Assembly (NCBI GenBank): GCA_964247055.1
Contig: OZ176050.1
Coordinates: 7,502,001-7,566,000 of the forward strand
Length of the DNA: 64,000 bases
Reading direction: 5' to 3'
From: Paragordius varius
Lineage: Eukaryota > Animalia > Nematomorpha
In this document: positions 53,212 through 64,000 of the stretch, piece by piece
How the letters are laid out: the number at the start of each line of letters is the position of its first letter
Numbering within the stretch: position 1 is the first letter of the stretch
The notes under the pieces: model-generated
Database searches by the model: none
The model's input: the letters and a program-made list of their open reading frames with translations, nothing else
What the model was told of the DNA's origin: nothing
Made by a program: the position numbers and the translations under genes

Positions 53212-54293
53212 TCTATATATTTATAAAAATGGAAAATGCTGGCTTTGTGATCTGGTACAGGAAAACCGGTAGACCCATTCATATCCAAACATCGAAAAAA
53301 TATAATCATTAATGAAGCCCCGACAATAGCTTCGCCCTTTTTTTAAAATAGGCCCCCAGTTCGGGCCCACCCCGTGTGAAAAACGGGTTTTTTTTGAAAA
53401 CACAAGTCCACAAAATTCGTGTCTTTGAGACAATTTTCCGGAGAACGTGTTGGTCCATTCTGTTTCAAATATGATTTTTATTTAGTTATTTTCGATTGCG
53501 CCAAACATAGTCGAGTCACTTTTTTGATTTAGGCCCTCTTTTTACCCGCTCCCCCCGTAAAATGCCACCTTTTTCAAAAAAACAAAGTCCACAAAAATAT
53601 TTTTTTAAATCTCTTTTTCGACCAAGACATGAGACCGTAAAAATTCAATATGGATTCCACGTATTCCCTGTTAAAAGGCAAAAATTTTAGCCAAGCGTTT
53701 CTTTGATGATAGCTGCTGGGTAAGGAGCTACTCGCGAAAAACTGATTTCTCATGTAACTTTGTGATCTGTTTCCGGAAAACCGGTGAACCCATTCAAATC
53801 CAAATATCGAAAAAATATAATCATTAATGAAAGCCCCGACAATAGCTTCGCCCTTTTTTGGAATTAGGTCCCCAGTTCGGACACACCCCGTGTGAAAAAT
53901 GGGTTAAGTCAATTTTTTGGAGAACGTGTTGGACCATTCAATTTCAAATATGATTTTTGTTTACCTATTTTTGATCGCGCCGAACATAGTCGACTCACTT
54001 TTTTGATTTAGGCCCTTTTTTTACCCGCTACCCCCGGAAAATGCCATTTTTATCAAAAAAAACAAAGTCCACAAAAATTATTTTTTAAATCTATTTCTCC
54101 CCCAGGTAAACAATAAATTAGTATGCATGCACCGTTTTAAGATTCCTATGAGATCATAGCTATTAAATAATTTTTCGAAATAATCCACATATGTAGATCA
54201 TTTTATTGTCCCTTTTTTCAAATAACCCCCCCCCCCCCCCCAGAAGTACGAAGGACTTCCTCGGGCTGCGTAGCAGCACGAGACTTACGCTAG
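53212..54293 (+). mobile_element. Non-autonomous Helitron, copy 3 (inserted in a TTAA-MITE)
   Basis: 5' TC terminus, 3' hairpin plus CTAG, at an A^T target (ccaaaa^tatctt). Internal tandem duplication and a long poly-C tract about 50 nt before the 3' end. Confidence 0.88.
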
Positions 54294-54400
54294 TATCTTG
54301 ATAAAATTTTGTTTTGAAAAAAAAGTTCCATCTCAAACTACTTCGACGCCATTTTTATTTTATAAAATTTTTGCAAAATATCGTCTTCATTTAATTTTAA

Positions 54401-54971
54401 CACTTGGATACAAGACATTCATTTTAGTCTTTCGATTCAAATTGGGGTAGTTAAATACCCCAGGCTTGTTTAAAATTAAATTAATATGGAAGGAATCAAA
54501 ACCATGTCAAAATTTTGCACTTATATAACATTAATAAACCGAAATATATAAAAACTTTTATTAAAAAATACTTGATATTACTTATTTTAAGCTAAAACCG
54601 AAAGGTAAAAATTTAGTCAACCTGACATGTGTGCAAAAGTAAAATTAAAAAATAATAGCAAATAAACCGCTTTTTCTATATCTATAAATGTTAGATGTAA
54701 TTTAAATAAAAAATTAGCTTTAGTTCTACCCTTAAAATTAAATGAAGACGATATTTTGCAAAAATTTTGTAAAATAAAAATGGCGTCGAAGTAGTTTGAC
54801 ATGGAACTTTTTTTTCAAAACAGAATTTAATTTAGATATTTTGGCATATTGATATAAATTTTAATAGGATAGAAGCATAAATTTAAATTGGGACCGATTC
54901 CTTCAGTATTTTAAAAATCTTAACTCAAATTTAGTCTGGGGTATTTAGATACCCCAATTTGAATCGAAGTG
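54401..54971 (+). mobile_element. TTAA/piggyBac-like MITE (family A) nested in another copy
   Basis: Inserted at the internal TTAA of the host (ttaattTTAA^gggtaaaa); the TTAA is duplicated on both sides, directly showing a 4-bp TSD. Confidence 0.9.
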
Positions 54972-55867
54972 TTAAGGGTAAAAATGAAGCTAAATTTTAT
55001 TATAAATTACATCTAACATTGATAGAAATAGAAAAAGCGGTTTATTTTGTATTATTTTTAATTTTACCATTTGACACATGTCAAGTTGATGAAATTTTGA
55101 CCTTCGGTTTTAGCTAATATTTAATATCAAATATTTTTGAATTAATTTTTTTATATATTTAGGTTTATTAATGTTATATAAGTGCAAAATTCTGCCATGG
55201 TTTCGATTCGTTCCATACTTTTTAAAGTATTTGATTTTCAGGCCTGGGGTAGCCAACTACCCCAATTTGAATCGAAGGACTAAAATGAGTGTGTTGCATC
55301 CAATTGTTAAAAAAGGTGATGATTTTGCATTTACGTATTTAGCTAATTCAAACATGTCATGTTGTATTCATAAAAAGTATTATCAAGATTAAATAAACCT
55401 TTTTTTTTAATTTTGCATCAATTTTAAATAAGTGCTTTAATTTGCACCATATTTTTAGAAATATTTGAATTAGAACAGGCCTAAGGTCGCCGAAGAATCC
55501 AATTTTAATAGGATGACTGTAAACGTGTTATGTTATAATATTTTTAAGAGAATCAATCATATCACTTTGGGTTTAAAAATATACTTAAAGACGCGACAAA
55601 AAATTTAAAATATAAGTTTAATAAAAGTTTAATAAAATGTTTTTTGGATTGCATTTAACTTCAACGAAAAATTTAAAATTGTAATCTAAATTTCTAAGAT
55701 TGAGCTCAATTGTTATCATTACCCTGAAATGGTAATAAAAAATATAAGTTTAAAATATTTAGTTTGCTATTTTTATGGAATATTTTGTCGGTAGCATTTC
55801 CTTCATATTCATTATTATATTTGTTATCCCATGTCATTTTACCTTGAAAAGTCACAAGCTTGAGTGA

Positions 55868-58800
55868 ATGATCGATGATTGGCCTATATCAACCAAGGTA
55901 AATTTAATTCGCTTAAAATTAAGTCACATAAATTGATCAAAAAATTTTCTACTCTCGATGATCAATTGTCAAATACCTTAAAAGAATTAGGAAGCTTTAT
56001 TGGCAAGAAAGATCCTGATCGATGCACTCGAGTAGTGACACAATTGAGATACTTGCAATCTCGTATTTTACAAATTATCGCTGATATTTATGAATCATCT
56101 TGCAATATATTTTTATCAAACGAGCCCGAACTATTTTTAAGACTTTTTCGCACAAAATATCCAAATGACCTTAATCTGATACCCATAAGCCGTCAAAATT
56201 TATTAAATTCCGAATTAACTTATGATGATAATGTTAATATATTTAACCTTTATACCACAAATACTGGTACATTTAGCAGTTCATTGGTATATCCCGGATT
56301 TATTTGGTTTGCAGCCGAAGTATGATTAGTTTAATTTTCAGTGTCTGGCGTCCGGCTCCTTACCAAGAAATATGCAGCGCGGAACAGATTATGAAGGCCT
56401 AACTGTTTTGGCAAAAGAATTTGTTTTATCAATTGAAACTTTGCGTAAAACATTAAAATCCCAATCCCATTTACCTAGGTCATTGTGTTCTGAATTTAAA
56501 GTTTTTAGATAACATTTATACATATATAGATTCAAAAAATTCTTATGGAGTTTGATAGAATATTTGCTGATTTTGAATACAGGTATGATATGTCTTTATT
56601 TAAATTACTTTAATCTTTTCCAATATTTTCATTTTATAGATATGTTTCTTTTATGGCACCAATTAAAACGGCAAAAGAAGCATTTTACCACCAACTTTTA
56701 ATTGTTCACAACCTGGAAACGCTGACCAAGTATTATTAATTTTAAAGGAAATATTATAAATGCATAAGCCGTAAACACAAATTTAGGAGTTTAATTGTAG
56801 TCTGTTAACAAACAAAAAATTTTTTCCTTAGGATAATCCAAAGCAATAATATTATTTTTTTGTTGAATCATTAATACTTTGTAGGATTAAAGTTATTTAA
56901 TTGATGAATATGTAATTAAGTTTTTTAAATAGGTAACTGTTAATCAAATTTGGAAAAATTTTCTATTAATTTTGTTTATATTTAGTGGTGTTGAAAAGGG
57001 ATATTTTACCATTTCTCAAATCGAAGAAGTGGATCCTGGTTTAATGATAACATTGCCACGACTAGCATTATTCCAGTAATACAGAATCTGTTAAATTATT
57101 TATTTTATTATTTTTTATTTGAGATTATAAGGATGCCATATAATCATATTATATTTGGTATTTAATCTCTTTACAAAAGTCGTATATAATAAAGTCACTA
57201 AATTTTATTAAACCACAACTTATGATTTTTTATGTTTTACTGTCATTATACAATTTAATATATTATATGTAATTAGCAAAAACTTCAAAGCTTTGTTCAA
57301 TTACCAAAATACATCAATAATTATTACATTTGTATACATTTTTTTAAAAACAGGTTTTGTAAACAATTTTTCAAGTTATAGTTAATGTTTGTTAATATTT
57401 TAGAGCATTAAGACTCCTTCCGAATGATGGACCATTGTATACCCTTTGTTCTGCTGATAGCGAGGATACAGAATCAGATTTTAAGATGTTTGCTCCGTAT
57501 AAAAAAATTCTTTTGCGAATTCAGTAAACATTACACCTTTGAATAATAACTAGGGTTTTATTTTTGAAAGGTCTAAATATAACAACCGGTCTGACCACTT
57601 ATGAATATATAAAATCCTAAGCACTTAAAATAAACTAAAAATAAATTATGTCAAGCGTTCAAATTGGTTTTATAGTTCAAATATACATTTTTTTTACATT
57701 ATTGAATTAAATACCACAATTTTATATCAATTTTAAAGACACGTGGTAAAAACTTGTTCAAAAGTTTTATTATTTTTTAAGCGGTCATAATCATGAATAT
57801 TAATGACTTGTTATTTCCTAATTAAAATAATTACTCTTATTTTTAATTTAGCTCATTTGTTGAAACACTTTCACCATCGAACGTCCTTGAACTAGAAAGG
57901 ATGTTATGTGATTGTAAATTGGATCCAAACAACCAACGCAATAATAATAATAATAATGTACAGTTGTTTTTGGCTTCAGATAATCTTTTTGATACTAACT
58001 GCAATAAAGAAGATACAATTATATACATCAATGAAAGTAAGGCCAACTCAATAGTTTGTTTATCGACAAAGTCCGATGTTAAAGATAAACCAGTTACAAA
58101 ATTAAGAACAAATTGCAAATATATCAATAGATTACGATGTAATCGATATATAACGACAATGCAGTTAGCAACGGATGGCACTCCAGTAATTGACAAAAAA
58201 CATTCCGATGCTAATGTTGACAAGTGTGGAAACATTCAGCACAAAAGAAAATGTTTACCCTTAGTTTTATATAGAAGGTTAATGTGTTACAATGCATATA
58301 ATGTTCGCTATCAAATGTTTAAAAGACGGAAAAAGCTAAACAATGTTGCACCTTTAAATCACCAATTGCCATTCTTCCCATCCCATCATTTACATGTGAA
58401 AAGATGCAAAAAACAAATGAAATATAAAAAACGGTTAACAAATAATATGACTGTTATGTATGATCCACATGAAGATTTGACCCATCGACTTTTTATCTGT
58501 ATATCTGGTAATATCTGTTTTTATAATTCAGATTATTTATATTTGACACTGCGCTTTTTTTTTATTGATGGGAAATAATTTATTTAATAACGAAATTACT
58601 TTATAGAATTCTATAAAGAGCCGTTTTTAACTCTTCTCCAAAACAGATTTTTAGGAAAATTTTGGGATACACCTTTTTGTTTTTTTTGTAATCTATATTG
58701 ATTTTGACAATGACATTGACATTTGTTATGTAAATATTTGTCCTATTTTCTCTAATTTTCTTAACTGATTTTTAATAATAATAATAATATTTTTTATACA

Positions 58801-60048
58801 TAGGCGTTTCTGATATGATGCAAACCTATTATGCCGCAGATTTTCGCGATATATTGCACCAAACTATAAAGTTATATAATGCAGATGCTACTTTTAAAAT
58901 ACAAAATGAAGTAATAAATGGCGCTAGGAATCATAACATAAATGGTAATGTAATGCCATGTATGTCAAATTTTACCCCTGAGCCCACTTTAAATGAAGCA
59001 TCTCCCTCCATTAATACGAATTCCATACCATATAATACTGCTGACACCGATTTAACTGACCTAGAACCTGTAAATTTTGCCTTATATTAATTCATATATA
59101 TTTTTTGATATCAATTATATGGTGTGGATAAGGGTTGATTATTTTTTTAAATACTTTGTTAACCAGTTGCTAAGCTAAAAGTTATGGGTGAATGTTGTAT
59201 AATCATTTATACAAAAGCTTAAAATATTTATTCTGAGAACATAATATAAAATATTATTAAGAATATGATTCAAGATGACGTTTTAATTATATTATTATTT
59301 AGTTAAATTATAACTAATATTTATTTTTAAATTTTGACTATTTTATTTGATAGAGAGACAATTTAATGGTCGAATCTCCCCCATTATGGGTCCCTGACTC
59401 AGAATCTCAATCTTGTAATTTGTGCGATTTTCCATTTACACTTTTTCGACGCCGTCATCATTGCAGAAGTTGTGGACAAGTATATAATTTATGTTGTTTT
59501 AATCCGCTTTATAGCCTATAAATTAAATTATATTATTTAAGCAAAAGTTTTACACTATTTTAATTAAACAATGGCCATATATAATTGCATTGGTTTACAT
59601 TCTATAATTGTTTATTTTAGGTGTATCATTCTTAAATAGATATGCCTTTTACAATTCAAATTCACCCTTAAATAATTCAAATTTACCCTAAAAATAAATT
59701 AAGGGTTTTCGGGCTAATATAACTCATCATTAATATAAAATATATTTTAATGGCATAGTTTATTATTTTTTCAGTATTATATTAACAAAATTTCATTTAT
59801 AAAAAATTAAAAAAATATATAGAATTTTACATCTAAACACAATATATTTTAGGGTTAATTTGAACTATAAATGGTATATATTGTTTATTAGCCAACCTAT
59901 TTAATATAATAAAAAAAAGACACTGTTTCTATAAATTGAATTTCCATTTATTTAGATATTTTGTAGCAAATGTTGTTACAAGTTTGTTTCCTTGCCAAGT
60001 TTCGGAATCACCAAGGCTGTGCGCGTTTGTGAACGATGCAATCACTAA
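55868..60048 (+). CDS. ZFYVE28: Lateral signaling target protein 2 homolog (FYVE domain), ~692 aa
   Basis: Exons 55868-55897, 55924-56319, 56342-56500, 56530-56582, 56640-56729, 56986-57075, 57404-57523, 57852-58507, 58804-59069, 59354-59479, 59956-60048 (2079 nt, in frame). LST2 motifs: [77 protein letters not shown]-terminal FYVE domain: PPLWVPDSE...[17 protein letters not shown]...VRVCERC. Confidence 0.93.
59573..59893. mobile_element. Small inverted-repeat element (aattcaaatt(c/t)accct ... agggt(g/t)a(g/a)tttgaa family); related copy ~9050-9310
   Basis: Inverted accct/agggt motifs in LST2 intron 10 and similar sequence near 9.1-9.3 kb; termini are not well defined. Confidence 0.4.
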
Positions 60049-61057
60049 TTTATTCACACTAAATTAATTTTTATTTTATTTAGTCATATTTAGGAATAAT
60101 TTATTGTATGTTAAAAATAAATAAATTTATATTTTTTTAATTTGTTGTATTATTATGAGTTTTCATAAAACTCCTCGATATAAAATGACTGAGCAAATGA
60201 CCTCGTTTATAATAAGTCATTTTTTTAGGATGATACTTATCTTTTAATATTTCTTAGGGCTCTTTATGCTTTTGAAATTTGTAGAACTAGTGCTTCTACT
60301 TTCTAAATTATATATATGTTTTATATTAATTAATCATATATCGAATTTTTGAGAGTTTTTTTCAATTAATCTTAAAATATTAATTTTGAAACTTTGAAAT
60401 GGGTTAAATATAGGAGAATTTGAAAGACAAACCGGCGTTTCAAGGTGAATGATAGGTATATTGACTGAATTTAATAAAAGTATCGTATATAAATATTATC
60501 AGAACATTTTTTCTATAGAATTCGATGAGGCTGAACATCTATCACCTCAAACTTTTAACTGAAAGGTTAGTTTGCTTTTAATAAAGCATTTTATAACGTT
60601 TTTACCATTAAATTAGGATGAAGTACGCTTTAACAAAATTTTGCTAAAAATAAAATTTTTAAACAGTTTATTCATTATATCAAAATTTTAGTGCCATAAT
60701 CAGCATATATTTTTATTTTTTATTAATTTTCCGGTTATTCTAAGAGAATTAGCCCATTATAGAAAGGTGCTAAAATTTATAGCTTTTTGGAGCCCACATA
60801 TGAGATAAATTTTTATGTTTTGTAAATTAAAAATATCATATTAATGATATTTTTTGGAATATGCATTTGGCTTTTTCAAAAAAAATTTATTAAAAAGTGT
60901 GCCGATTTTTAGATATTATATCGGTACTACTTTGGTGTTACTAACTTTCTCATAACACTCGTAAGGCCCAAAACCAAAAGCACCATGAAAATCCTGACAC
61001 ATTTTTTATCAGAATATTCATATTTTATTATGATTTCTTACAGTCTTTATGTGCAGT

Positions 61058-62485
61058 GACAAAAAATTTATTTTTTACATAATTTGTTAAAAATATTTTT
61101 TTCAAAATTTTGATGAACCGTGCTATGATATTTTGGAGCATATAAACCAATTCTATACCATTTTTTATGCAAAAACATAATTTTCGCAACCAAAACATGT
61201 TTTTAACCAAATGTAACATTTTTTTATCAAAGCAACATTTTCTCAAGAAAAGACAACATTTTTTCAAGCAAACTCAACATTTTTTCTGCAAAGACAACAT
61301 TTTTCCAAACAAACTCAACATTTTTTTCATACAAAAACAACATTTTCTAAACAAACGCAACATTTTTTCAATCAAAGGCAAAAAAATTATTTTTTTTATG
61401 ACTTATTAAACTTTAAGTCAATGTAATTTAATTTTAGCGTATTATTATGATTTTTATTGTTTTATCATCAATATTTAAGAGTAAATTATAAAATTTTAAT
61501 TTTGCTCATAAATTGCATTATTTTATATTATTTTTTTCTTTTACAACAGTTTCTTTTAATCAATAAATACAATTTGCGATTCAAGATTGTCCTAGAAAAT
61601 TTTTAAGTTGGTCCTAGAACACTTCAAGTTGGTCCTTCAATATTTTAATTTTGATTCTAACTTTTAATGAAGCAATATAATATTCATCTATGCTATTATT
61701 TTAAACCTGTTTTCTTTATTTAACTTAAACTTTTAAGTGAACACCATTTCTTTCATAAGAACCATATATTCTATATAAAAATTAAATATATTAAAAATAT
61801 CTAGGTTTTGTGGGTTTTATCGTAATATTTAGTTTATAGCATTAATAAGTTTATAATATTGATAAATTAACGAAAATTAGTTTGAAACAAATAGTTGTTT
61901 TTACTATGAAAATAATTTTGATTCAAAAAATACTAATTAATAAAGAATTAATTTAATTTTTAAAAAATGGATAATCACATACAAAAATAACGGTTGTATG
62001 CAAACTGCAAAAAATGTAAGGAACTTTAAGTAAAGGATAAGTTATAACTTTCAAAGACACCCTTGAAGCGCAAATTGTATAAATTGATTGGGTGAAATTA
62101 AAGTTATAAAGGAAAAAATAATTAATATAATAAATAATGCAATTTATGGACAAAATAAATGTTTGAAAATCAATCATACCATCAAATATTATGGTAAAAC
62201 AATAAAATCATAATTCAACGCTACAACTTTATTTATATTAAATTAAAATTAAATAAATACTTATTAATCAAATATTTATAAAAAAAATCTTTTTAATTTT
62301 AAAAATTTTGTTGTTTTTGCATTGGTTAAACAAATGTTGCGTTTGGATGAAAAAATGTTGCGTTTGCTTGATTGGTTGAAAAAATGTTGCATTTGGTTGA
62401 AAAAAATAATGTTTTTGCCTAAAAAATGGTATATAATATAATTCAATGACGCAAAAAAAAATAACTGTATTTTTTGTGAAAAACA
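61058..62485. repeat. Inverted-arm element whose arms contain a ~21-bp CAACATTTTT minisatellite
   Basis: About 7 units at 61225-61370 (gac/ctc-aacattttt) and an inverted array at ~62325-62410 (aaaaatgttg); a further ~21-bp agttggtcctagaa repeat lies at ~61605-61640. Confidence 0.65.
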
Positions 62486-62552
62486 TATAATTCGAATTTC
62501 TGAAGTGATTGATCAGCATCATCGAATTAATTTAAAAAACTTTATTTAAGTA

Positions 62553-63746
62553 TACTGCATCCAAAATCGATATAAAAAATATCCTGATGAAATATATTTA
62601 TTCTGAGAGATGTCCACAAAAAAATATCCTCATGATATATATATTCTGAAAGGAGTATGTATCAGGATTTATATGGCTTTTGGTTTCGGCCCTCACGAGT
62701 AATTTAACAAAGTTATCACTTTTGTAGAAACTGATTCATATCATAAAATAACAAAATATGAGCACATTTTAATAAATTTTTTTTGGTGAAAGGTAAATTC
62801 TTTACAAAAAATATCCCTAAAATATATCATAAACTATATATAAAAAATAATATTTTTATAAAATTTTAATTTTTAGAAATGGCATAGAAAGTTCCAAATT
62901 TCTCGCCCTTCTACAATGGGATAGCTCTCTTATAATAAAAATTGCTGAAATGACAACATTTTTTAAAACATGCAAATTTTGACATAAAAAAAGTTTTATC
63001 CGAAAAAATGGGTATATGCTAAACAAAATTTATAGCGAAATTTTGTGGTGTTCTTCATGCTATTTTAAAGCGTATTGCAATCAGTATAAAAACGTATAGA
63101 TGATATTAATTAACACTTTTTCTATATAATTTGATAATGCTGAGCATTTCAACCTAGAATTTTAATTTAGAGCTTGCTTTTTCAAAATTTCGTAAATTTT
63201 TATACAATCTTTATTTAACATAAGTTAGAAGACGAACAAATAAATAAATTCTGATGTGATAGAATTGACGATCATTGAATTGCAAAAAAAATTGTTTTAT
63301 AATGTCTTGAGGCGTTTTTATACCTTTTCCATCATGCCTCTAACTAGTATGAAGTACCCATCAGCCATATTTTAATAATTTAAGTTTCATCGCGAAATCT
63401 CGACATTTTTGTGTTTATTTTAAGAGAAATAGCTTATTTTAGATGAAGAGAATTTCGGATCCCACATCTTAAAATTTAATTTTTTAAATATTGTTTGCCA
63501 TTTAAATGTAGTTTATGATATATTGCAGTTAAATTTTTTGGAATGAAGCATTTAGCTTTCACCAATATTATTTAAAAAAATGTTCAAAAACCATTTTTAT
63601 ATGGAGAACTATAAATTGAAATTTTTTTTAACTTTTAGGCAAAATAAAAAGCCCCATATCCTGAAACATTTTTCGATCAGAATATATACAAATAAATATA
63701 TAATATATATATTTAACCAGGATTTATCCCAATTTCGGACGCAGTG
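62553..63746. mobile_element. Long-TIR foldback-like element (family D)
   Basis: Left end tactgcatccaaaatcg..ataaa..tcctg matches the reverse complement of the right end (cactgcgtccgaaattgggataaatcctg); arm and core are similar to 1338-2392. Confidence 0.6.
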
Positions 63747-64000
63747 CATAGAAAAATGTTTTATGATGTGTTAAAGTTTTTGTATATCGTTTCCAAAACA
63801 TCCTGATAAAATATATATATTCTGATAGGAAAATATATCATGATTAACAAAGTACTTTTGGCTGCCTTTACTAGTGATAAGAAAACTATTATCATTTTTG
63901 TAAAATGGTTAATGCGCCTATTTTGTTAAATAAATATTTTTTGGTGAAAGCAGCGCTTCATTCCAAAAAATAATACTAAATATATAAAAAACTAAACAAA

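Larger units (their letters stand above)
53077..55306 (-). mobile_element. TTAA/piggyBac-like MITE (family A) host copy, interrupted by a Helitron and by a second family A copy
   Basis: The consensus is read in three pieces, 53077-53211, 54294-54400 and 54972-55306, with TTAA outside both ends. Confidence 0.8.

Noticed and set aside
55879-55923. ORF-track start MAYINQGKF… for LST2 (similarly the 32549, 38014 and 21816 ORF starts)
   Set aside because: These frames run back into introns; the spliced models with true ATGs (55868, 32439, 37560, 19224) fit the conserved N-termini or splice phases better.
154-56529. Interpreting the 21-29 nt interruptions as frameshifts, pseudogenisation or sequencing errors
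   Set aside because: Each has GT...AG ends, is AT-richer than its exons, and its removal restores the frame, in most cases joining recognisable conserved residues, in four independent genes.
32532-56529. Micro-introns as a recently spread Introner-like element
   Set aside because: They share no sequence beyond splice sites and show no TSDs. Several ARPC2 and LST2 positions and phases appear to match vertebrate intron positions as I recall them (needs alignment), suggesting shrunken ancestral introns.
19224-60048. Non-standard genetic code (as in ciliates with tiny introns)
   Set aside because: The four complete spliced models are open in the standard code and end in TAA or TGA.
61028-62522. 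QH/F-rich repeat ORFs as repetitive proteins, or the arrays as CRISPR
   Set aside because: They are translations of a ~21-bp minisatellite with no unique spacers, in a eukaryotic context without cas genes.
1-64000. tRNA, rRNA or spliceosomal snRNA genes
   Set aside because: No cloverleaf with A/B boxes or U1/U2/U4/U5/U6 signature was found by eye; GTTCGAA hits lie within transposon fragments.

Overview
Very AT-rich animal genomic DNA, read with the standard genetic code; no rRNA, tRNA or CRISPR array seen. Five protein-coding genes can be assembled by hand: a partial RRM (CELF/ELAV-like) gene at the left edge (- strand), a class IV POU transcription factor (19.2-22.5 kb), ING3 (32.4-36.3 kb), ARPC2 (37.6-46.5 kb) and LST2/ZFYVE28 (55.9-60.0 kb). 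The most striking property is a class of ultra-short GT-AG introns of 21-29 nt (13 counted in 4 genes). Their removal restores conserved residues, and they coexist with introns of hundreds of nt to 4.2 kb, the longest carrying MITE copies. The conserved proteins carry large N/S/T-rich insertions: a ~250-aa POU4 inter-domain linker, and ARPC2 at ~525 aa versus ~300. Intergenic DNA is a mosaic of nested non-autonomous DNA transposons: a TTAA/piggyBac-like MITE, a Helitron, a hAT-like MITE, a TA/Tc1-like element with ~240-bp TIRs and long-TIR foldback elements. All homology calls are from recognising motifs by eye; no database search was run.
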